A program made the position numbers and the translations under genes. A DNA stretch of 64,000 bases from an uncultured Chlorobiaceae bacterium (GTDB lineage Bacteria > Bacteroidota > Ignavibacteria > UBA10030 > SZUA-254): assembly GCA_964512655.1 (NCBI GenBank), contig CAZEJT010000001.1, positions 13,863 to 77,862 of the forward strand. Direction: 5' to 3'. How positions within the stretch are numbered: position 1 is the first letter of the stretch; every line of letters starts with the position of its first letter. The notes below the pieces were generated by a model. The model was not told where the DNA came from and ran no database searches. It saw only the letters and a list, made by a program, of their open reading frames with translations. Of this stretch, positions 57,529 to 64,000 are shown one piece after another.

Positions 57529-58488
57529 ATGCTCAAGTACACATCACGGGAGCTCAAGGCGACCCGGCTCGGATTCGGTGAGGCAATCGTGGAGCTCGGG
57601 CGTGAGAATCCCAATGTCGTCGTGCTCGGGGGCGACGTGACGGGATCGGTCAAGACAGACCTCTTCATGAAGGCCTTCCCGGACCGGTTCATCAGCGTGG
57701 GGGTTGCCGAGCAGGATATGATCGGCACCGCCGCGGGCCTTGCGGTCGCAGGGAAGATCCCGTTCGCATCGACATACGGCGAGTTTGCCGTCGGCAGGCC
57801 GTTCGACCAGATCCGCCAGTCGGTTGCCTACAGCCGATTGCCCGTGAAGATCTGCGCCTCGCACTGCGGCATCACCGTTGGCCCCGACGGAGCCACCCAC
57901 CAGTCCCTGGAAGATCTCGGACTGATGCGGCTCCTGCCCCACATGACGGTCGCGACCCCGTGCGATTACCTCGAGACGAAAAAGCTTGTGAAGGCATCCG
58001 TGGCGTGGAAGGACCCGATCTACATCCGTTTCTTCCGCGACAACACTCCGGTCTTCACGGAGGAGTCGAAACCGCTTCAGATCGGAAAAGCCGAGACCCT
58101 GATCGACGGGACGGACGTGGCGGTCATCGCGTGCGGCCTCCAGGTGTGGGAGGCGGTTCTCGCCGAAGAAATCCTCTCAGCGGAAGGGATCGGGGTGCGG
58201 CTGATCAACATGCACACGGTGAAACCGCTCGACGAGGAATGCGTCGTGAGGGCCGCACAAGAAACCGGCGCGATCGTCACGGCCGAGGACCATCAGATGC
58301 AGGGCGGACTCGGCGGCGCGGTCGCCGAGCTTCTCGCTCGGAAAGAGCCGACCCCCCAGGAATTTGTCGCAGTCAAGGATACCTTCGGGGAATCGGGGAA
58401 GGGGGACGAACTCATGAGAAAATACGGGATCGCCAAAGACAATATCGTGCAGGCGGTCCGGAACGTGCTGAAGCGGAAAAGGAAGTAA
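57529..58488 (+). CDS. Transketolase, C-terminal (pyrimidine-binding) subunit
   Basis: 319 aa with FISVGVAEQDMIGTAAGLA and GPDGATHQSLEDLGLMR. The ATG follows directly after the N-subunit stop. Confidence 0.9.
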   Translation: MLKYTSRELKATRLGFGEAIVELGRENPNVVVLGGDVTGSVKTDLFMKAFPDRFISVGVAEQDMIGTAAGLAVAGKIPFASTYGEFAVGRPFDQIRQSVAYSRLPVKICASHCGITVGPDGATHQSLEDLGLMRLLPHMTVATPCDYLETKKLVKASVAWKDPIYIRFFRDNTPVFTEESKPLQIGKAETLIDGTDVAVIACGLQVWEAVLAEEILSAEGIGVRLINMHTVKPLDEECVVRAAQETGAIVTAEDHQMQGGLGGAVAELLARKEPTPQEFVAVKDTFGESGKGDELMRKYGIAKDNIVQAVRNVLKRKRK

Positions 58489-58507
58489 TCCGATCCGACG
58501 GAGGGCA

Positions 58508-59713
58508 ATGAAGATGCGAAAGAACCTGATTCTGCTGTTGATGATCTTTTCGATGCCCGCGCTTCTGGGGTTCTGGGCCGGATACACGATGGGGCACCGC
58601 GGCACGCCCGGCGCGGAGACGGCGCAGACGGTGTCCGAGGGCGGACAGGCGGGGTTCGAAACCGCGTCCTATCAATCGGCTGTCCGTGATTCGGTCGGCG
58701 AGGCGCTCTCCAGCCAGAGGAGGAATGCCATCACGCGAGCGGTTGCGGAGGCGAGCCCTGCGGTGGTGGGAATCAACGTGACGGAGATCCGCGAGTACAC
58801 CTACCGAGATCCCTTCTCACAATTCTTCGGCCAGTATTTCGGAGACCGCGTCCTCAGGCAGGAGGTGAAGGGGCTCGGCTCCGGCTTCATCATCTCGCCC
58901 GACGGCTACATCCTTACCAACGACCACGTGGCCGGCAATGCCAAAGAAATCATCGTGACGCTGACCAACCGGGAGCGGTACAAGGCAAAGCTGATCGGGA
59001 CGGATCTCGTGTCGGACATTTCTCTCCTGAAGATCGACGGGAAGAATCTCCCCTCGGTCCGCCTCGGAAATTCGGAAGACGTGATCATCGGCGAGTGGGT
59101 GATCGCGATGGGAAATCCATTTGGCCTCTTTGAAATCAACGACAAGCCCACGGTCACGGTCGGCGTTGTGAGCGCCACCGGAATCAACCTCAACGTGTCG
59201 GGCGGGAGATACTACCGCGGAATGATCCAGACGGATGCGGCCATCAACGAGGGAAACAGCGGCGGCCCCTTGCTGAACTCCCTCGGAGAGGTGATCGGCG
59301 TGAACGCGGTCATCTTCACGCCGAACCAGGGAAACATCGGGCTCGGGTTCGCGATCCCCGTCAACAGGGTGAAGGGGATCCTCGCCGATCTCAAGAACAA
59401 GGGCCGCATCGAGCGCGATTTCTGGACAGGTCTGGAGATCAACTCGGTCGACGCCCGGGTGGCGAAGTATTTCGGGCTCGATCAGCCGGACGGGGTCATC
59501 GTGACCGAGGTGGTGCGCGGGAGCCCCGCCGACAGGGCCGGCTTCAAGGTAGGCGACATCATCATCGACGTGAACAACGAGCATATCAGCGCCGAGGAGA
59601 ACATCACGTCGCTTGTCGGCGACGCAAAAGCGGGCGACCTCCTGGCGATGAAGATCATCAGGGAGCGCCGCGCCATGACGCTCAGCCTGCGGCTGGAACG
59701 GCGGCCGTCATGA
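58508..59713 (+). CDS. HtrA/DegP-family serine protease with one PDZ domain
   Basis: 401 aa with a TM/signal anchor. The catalytic triad context is TNDHV, DISLLKI and GNSGGPLLN. The C-terminal PDZ domain contains [19 protein letters not shown]. Confidence 0.9.
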   Translation: MKMRKNLILLLMIFSMPALLGFWAGYTMGHRGTPGAETAQTVSEGGQAGFETASYQSAVRDSVGEALSSQRRNAITRAVAEASPAVVGINVTEIREYTYRDPFSQFFGQYFGDRVLRQEVKGLGSGFIISPDGYILTNDHVAGNAKEIIVTLTNRERYKAKLIGTDLVSDISLLKIDGKNLPSVRLGNSEDVIIGEWVIAMGNPFGLFEINDKPTVTVGVVSATGINLNVSGGRYYRGMIQTDAAINEGNSGGPLLNSLGEVIGVNAVIFTPNQGNIGLGFAIPVNRVKGILADLKNKGRIERDFWTGLEINSVDARVAKYFGLDQPDGVIVTEVVRGSPADRAGFKVGDIIIDVNNEHISAEENITSLVGDAKAGDLLAMKIIRERRAMTLSLRLERRPS

Positions 59714-61005
59714 TCGAACGGTACACGCGTCCGGAGATGGGAACGATCTGGACCGAAGAACACAAGTTCCGGGTCTGGCTCGAGATTGAAATCCTTGCCT
59801 GCGAGGCGCGCGCGAGGCTGGGAGAAATTCCGAAAGAAGCCGCAAAGCGCATACGAAAGAAGGCCGGCTTCGATGCCGGGAAAGTGCTCGCGATCGAACG
59901 GGAGGTGAAGCACGACGTCATCGCGTTCCTGACCGACGTCGCCAGGCACGTGGGCCCGGATTCGCGCTACATCCATTACGGCATGACCTCATCCGACGTG
60001 CTCGACACGGGCCTCGCCGTGCAGATGAAGGAATCCGGAGAGCTTCTGACCGCGGGGCTCAGGTCTCTCCAGCGGGTTCTCGCGCGCCGCGCGCGTGAGT
60101 TCAAGCATACGGTCATGATCGGCCGCACGCACGGCATCCACGCCGAGCCGACAACATTCGGCCTCAAGCTCGCCCTCTGGTACGACGAAACCGGGCGGAA
60201 CATCGGCCGGATGGAGCGCGCCTGTGAGGCGATCTCGGTGGGGCAGATCTCGGGGGCTGTGGGGACCTACGGCCACCTCGAGCCCGCCGTCGAGCAGTAC
60301 GTCTGCAGGAAGCTGGGCCTGAGGCCCGCGCCGATTTCCACCCAGATACTGCAGCGCGATCTGCACGCCGAGTTCCTTACCACGCTGGCGATCGTCGGCG
60401 GCTCGATCGAGAAGTTTGCGACCGAAATCCGCCACCTGCAGAGGACCGAAGTGCTGGAGGCGGAAGAGCATTTCTCGAAGGGCCAGAAGGGATCCTCCGC
60501 CATGCCCCACAAGAGGAACCCCATCACCTGCGAGAGGCTCTCCGGCCTGGCGCGCGTCCTCAGGGGCAACGCGCACGCTTCGATGGAAAGCATCGCTCTC
60601 TGGCATGAGCGCGATATCAGCCACTCGTCGGCCGAGAGGATCATCATTCCCGACAGCTGCATCGTGCTCGATTACATGATCGCCACGATGACGCAGGTCC
60701 TCGATACCCTGAACGTCTACCCGTCAAATATGAACAAGAATCTGGACCTCACCGGCGGTCTCGTCTTTTCGGAGTCGGTACTCCTCGCCCTCACGGGAAG
60801 CGGCATGAAGAGGGAGGAAGCGTACGCGGTTGTGCAGCAGAACGCCATGAACGTGTGGAACACTCACAAGAGCTTCCGGGAGGCGCTCCTCGCCGATCCG
60901 CGGGTCAGCGCGCGCCTGAAGAACGGAGAACTCGAGGAGCTCTTCGATCTCGACAAAAGCCTCAGGCATGTCGACACAATATTCAGAAGGGTGGGATTGA
61001 AATGA
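59710..61005 (+). CDS. purB: Adenylosuccinate lyase
   Basis: 431 aa with [20 protein letters not shown], and the fumarate-lyase signature [11 protein letters not shown]. The ATG overlaps the htrA stop (ATGA). Confidence 0.95.
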   Translation: MIERYTRPEMGTIWTEEHKFRVWLEIEILACEARARLGEIPKEAAKRIRKKAGFDAGKVLAIEREVKHDVIAFLTDVARHVGPDSRYIHYGMTSSDVLDTGLAVQMKESGELLTAGLRSLQRVLARRAREFKHTVMIGRTHGIHAEPTTFGLKLALWYDETGRNIGRMERACEAISVGQISGAVGTYGHLEPAVEQYVCRKLGLRPAPISTQILQRDLHAEFLTTLAIVGGSIEKFATEIRHLQRTEVLEAEEHFSKGQKGSSAMPHKRNPITCERLSGLARVLRGNAHASMESIALWHERDISHSSAERIIIPDSCIVLDYMIATMTQVLDTLNVYPSNMNKNLDLTGGLVFSESVLLALTGSGMKREEAYAVVQQNAMNVWNTHKSFREALLADPRVSARLKNGELEELFDLDKSLRHVDTIFRRVGLK

Positions 61006-62483
61006 AACGCGAGCGCAACTTTATCGGGGGGCAATGGGTCGATGCCGCTTCCGGAAAAACCTTCGAGAACAGGAACCCGGCCCGCTGGAGCGAGGTGATC
61101 GGAACATTCCCTCTCTCATCGGCCGAGGATGTCAACCGCGCCGTCCGCGCGGCGAAAGAAGCCTTCGAGACGTGGCGGCTTGTCCCCGCCCCGACGCGCG
61201 GCGACATTATCCGCAAGGCGGGAGATATCATGACCGCCCGTAAGGAGGACCTCGCCCACGAGATGACACGGGAGATGGGCAAAGTGCTCGAAGAAACCCG
61301 CGGCGACGTGCAGGAGGGGATCGACACCGCGTACTACGCCGCCGGGGAAGGGAGACGGCTCTTCGGCGTCGTGGCGCCCTCCGAGCTCTCGAACAAGTTC
61401 AACATGGCCATCCGCATGCCTGTCGGCGTGTGCGGGCTTATCACTCCGTGGAACTTTCCCATGGCCATTCCCACCTGGAAGCTCTTCCCGGCTCTCGTTT
61501 CCGGGAACACTATTGTACTCAAACCGGCGGAGGACACTCCCAAGACAGCGACGACACTGGTCGAGATCCTGTCGGAGGCCGGCATCCCGCCCGGCGTACT
61601 GAACCTCGTGCACGGCAACGGCCCGGGGGCGGGTGCGCCGCTGGTGGAGCACCCCGATGTGGACCTCATCAGCTTTACCGGATCGACCGAGGTTGGGAGA
61701 AAGATTGCCGAGATCTGCGGGCGGACGGGGAAACGCGTAGCTCTGGAAATGGGGGGGAAGAACGCCCAGATCGTCATGGATGACGCCGATCTCGAGCTCG
61801 CGCTTGAGGGAGTTCTCTGGGGGGCGTTCGGGACGACCGGGCAGCGATGCACCGCCACATCGCGCCTCATCGTCCACGAGGCCGTTCATGCGAAGTTTGT
61901 GTCGATGCTCAAAGAAATGGCGCAATCCCTGCGAGTGGGAGATGGGGCTGCCACAGGCTCACAGGTAGGCCCGCTCATCAATGAGCAGCAGCTCAAGACC
62001 GTCTCCGGCTACGTTGAGATTGCGGAGAAGGAGGGCGCCGAAATTGTTGTCGGCGGCGAGCGTGAGACTTCCGGCGGCAGGGATGATGGGTGGTTCTTTC
62101 AACCGACGTTGGTGACCGGAGTGAAACCAGAGATGCGCGTGGCAAAAGAAGAGATTTTTGGACCCGTCCTCTCGGTCATCAAGGTAAAATCGCTTGAGGA
62201 GGCCATCCGGGTCGCGAACGACACTCAGTATGGCCTCTCCTCCTCGGTCTACACGCGAGACATCAACAAGGCCTATCTGGCGATCCGCGATATCAAAGCG
62301 GGCATTACATACATAAACGCGCCGACGATCGGCGCCGAAGCACACATGCCCTTCGGAGGAGTCAAAGGAACCGGCAATGGTCACCGCGAGGGTGGCTGGA
62401 CCGTCTTCGACATCTTTACCGAGTGGAAGGCGGTTTACATAGACTACAGCGGAAAGCTCCAGCGCGCGCAGATCGACGCCTAA
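61002..62483 (+). CDS. Aldehyde dehydrogenase family protein
   Basis: 493 aa from ATG 61002, which overlaps the purB stop as ATGA. It has [26 protein letters not shown], catalytic Glu in [11 protein letters not shown], Cys in [12 protein letters not shown], and [11 protein letters not shown]. Confidence 0.9.
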   Translation: MKRERNFIGGQWVDAASGKTFENRNPARWSEVIGTFPLSSAEDVNRAVRAAKEAFETWRLVPAPTRGDIIRKAGDIMTARKEDLAHEMTREMGKVLEETRGDVQEGIDTAYYAAGEGRRLFGVVAPSELSNKFNMAIRMPVGVCGLITPWNFPMAIPTWKLFPALVSGNTIVLKPAEDTPKTATTLVEILSEAGIPPGVLNLVHGNGPGAGAPLVEHPDVDLISFTGSTEVGRKIAEICGRTGKRVALEMGGKNAQIVMDDADLELALEGVLWGAFGTTGQRCTATSRLIVHEAVHAKFVSMLKEMAQSLRVGDGAATGSQVGPLINEQQLKTVSGYVEIAEKEGAEIVVGGERETSGGRDDGWFFQPTLVTGVKPEMRVAKEEIFGPVLSVIKVKSLEEAIRVANDTQYGLSSSVYTRDINKAYLAIRDIKAGITYINAPTIGAEAHMPFGGVKGTGNGHREGGWTVFDIFTEWKAVYIDYSGKLQRAQIDA

Positions 62484-62539
62484 AGGGCTTTTTCAGACAG
62501 GAATGTCTGATTACCCCCGGATATGAAACGCAACTCTTC

Positions 62540-62568
62540 TTGACATGCCCGCCTAAATTCGCTATCAT
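62540..62568 (+). promoter_or_regulatory. Sigma-70-like promoter candidate
   Basis: TTGACA (62540-62545), a 17-nt spacer, then TATCAT (62563-62568). The nearest plus-strand ORF starts about 330 nt downstream, so transcription would run antisense to ORF 62613..62849. Confidence 0.3.
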
Positions 62569-62612
62569 TGAGTAGACGCACCACATTTCTTGTGGTGCAA
62601 AGGGGAGGATAT

Positions 62613-62849
62613 TTACCTCAGCGGAGGGATGTACGGATAAGTTCCGTTCAGCCAATCCATCACGATCTCAAGATCCACAACTCTCCCCACAGCACGCTGA
62701 AGGCCTACCTCGATTTGTTTCGCTCTCTTCCGGGAATTTAAAAGCCCCAACATCATTGGTATACCACCTTGCGGCTCGGACCATTCAGACAGTGATTGCC
62801 CGACCCTCCCCTCGCGGGATAACAAATCGCTGGATCCAACCGAACCCAA
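62613..62849 (-). CDS. Doubtful small ORF, function unknown
   Basis: 78 aa, or 47 aa from the internal Met pair. No motif or convincing SD was seen. It is listed only because it is the sole ORF in a 413-nt gap at the compositional boundary. Confidence 0.2.
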   Translation of the reverse strand: MGSVGSSDLLSREGRVGQSLSEWSEPQGGIPMMLGLLNSRKRAKQIEVGLQRAVGRVVDLEIVMDWLNGTYPYIPPLR

Positions 62850-62896
62850 CAGAGATAAGTGTTAAACGCACAATTTTACATTGTTCCAAATGTTAG

Positions 62897-63367
62897 GTGC
62901 TGGACCGTAAGGATATGTCGTCATCGAACATGTACCAATGGTTTCACTGGGTCCTTACCGGGCTGACCCTCAGTCTCATTGCCTGTTGTACCCACTCTAC
63001 TTCTCCGCCACCGGCCCACATCCCAACTCAACAGGAGGAGCAGGATAGCCTCAACAAGCGCTGGGATGCGATCATATCCTTCGCTGCAAGCTCCTCATGT
63101 GACGGTGGTTCGCAATGTAGGTTCATTGGTCTAGGTTCGAAGACATGTGGTGGACCATTAGTGTATCTGGTCTATTCTACCTCCTTAGATACCGTAAAGC
63201 TTTTGTCTATGGTTCAGACTTTTGACAGTATGCAAATGGCATTTGACGACAGGTGGGATATCGGCTCAGATTGCATCGTCCCAAATCTGCCTGATAGCAT
63301 TCGATGCATCGAGGGACATTGCAGAGGATTCTGGGATGGGCGGCCTCGGCTGTTTGGTGGATCGTAA
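62897..63367 (+). CDS. Cys-rich putative lipoprotein
   Basis: 156 aa from GTG 62897; ATGs at 62915 and 62930 are alternatives. It has the hydrophobic segment WVLTGLTLSLIAC with a lipobox-like L-I-A-C and a further seven Cys in the mature part. Its G+C is lower than the rest of the window. Confidence 0.5.
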   Translation: MLDRKDMSSSNMYQWFHWVLTGLTLSLIACCTHSTSPPPAHIPTQQEEQDSLNKRWDAIISFAASSSCDGGSQCRFIGLGSKTCGGPLVYLVYSTSLDTVKLLSMVQTFDSMQMAFDDRWDIGSDCIVPNLPDSIRCIEGHCRGFWDGRPRLFGGS

Positions 63368-63562
63368 CTCGCACAGCGCCGAACACGCCAAACAACGATG
63401 CTCGGATGGCCGACCGCAATGGGGAATGAATTTGTCGCTCAACTTTTGCTTCGCGATGAATGTATGGACCTGTAGCTCGCAAAAGTGTCGGGTTGTTTGC
63501 CGACACGTTATGCGCCAGGCCGTCGGAGCGATAGCCCCGGGCTTTGAGGAGAGATTAGCAAT

Positions 63563-64000
63563 ATGAGTAAGAACCGCCCCCTCGTGGCAATCCTCACCTT
63601 CATATCGTACGCCGCTGGTACGATCACGATACTTTCGTGCACCGACTTGACGTCAACGATAATCAAACCCGGGACGGCAAGGATTCAGGTAGATACCGTC
63701 CGGAGTGATCAACTACCAACACGATTCGACACGCTCACGTTATACATTGCTGTGGAACCCACATGGGGCTTTCTTCAAAACCCCGCGCGTGCTGATAGCC
63801 TAGCAAACCGGTTTGCCCAAAGTGACCTCAAAATCGCTGATATGTGGTTTCCAATTGACGAACCGATTTGTTTACAAACTTTTATTACCTATAACGAAAT
63901 CAGCATCCGATTGTGGAAACCGGATACTTTGGTAAACAGCCTGGGATACTCACCGGCGTCCGGTATTTCCGCATGTTTCCGGTTGTATAAGCACTACAGG
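63563..64000 (+). CDS. Putative lipoprotein, N-terminal 146 codons (runs off the right window edge)
   Basis: My own translation from ATG 63563 gives MSKNRPLVAILTFISYAAGTITILSCTDLTSTIIKPG... with no stop to position 64000. It has a signal peptide with lipobox L-S-C and GAGGAG 7-8 nt upstream. It is absent from the supplied track because it is open-ended. Confidence 0.5.
   Translation, partial: MSKNRPLVAILTFISYAAGTITILSCTDLTSTIIKPGTARIQVDTVRSDQLPTRFDTLTLYIAVEPTWGFLQNPARADSLANRFAQSDLKIADMWFPIDEPICLQTFITYNEISIRLWKPDTLVNSLGYSPASGISACFRLYKHYR

Overview
This is a gene-dense, high-GC bacterial chromosome segment made up almost entirely of core housekeeping genes. These include murI, pyrE, deoA, guaB, purD, purB, hisS, lgt, plsY, hflX, rlmB, a split transketolase, a CBS/CGL transsulfuration pair, larB, two acyl-CoA dehydrogenases, an MCC-type carboxyltransferase and two aldehyde dehydrogenases. 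Signalling genes are interleaved with them: a polytopic PAS histidine kinase, a Ser/Thr kinase fused to a TolB-like propeller, a PDZ-TM-GAF-PP2C phosphatase and two sigma-54 enhancer-binding response regulators. Two large secreted proteins end in T9SS C-terminal sorting domains. Together with a BatA-type protein this suggests an FCB-superphylum organism that still uses Shine-Dalgarno sites. There is one tRNA-Pro(TGG). I found no transposase, integrase, CRISPR array, prophage or recognisable defence gene, so I cannot support a novel multi-gene system here. Four things are not explained by the gene models. (1) A REP-like palindrome family with a GTAG head has 11 co-oriented intergenic copies, some extended into 13-nt periodic arrays and some supplying stop codons. 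(2) A second 30-nt palindrome family has 3 copies at gene 3' ends. (3) An orphan minus-strand intrinsic terminator with a structured ~175-nt upstream region lies in the 360-bp gap before a giant T9SS adhesin gene. (4) G+C drops right after 62.48 kb, where REPs vanish and lipoprotein genes begin. Two edge-truncated ORFs (1..921 minus, 63563..64000 plus) are missing from the supplied track. Many long ORFs in the track are antisense shadows typical of high-GC DNA.
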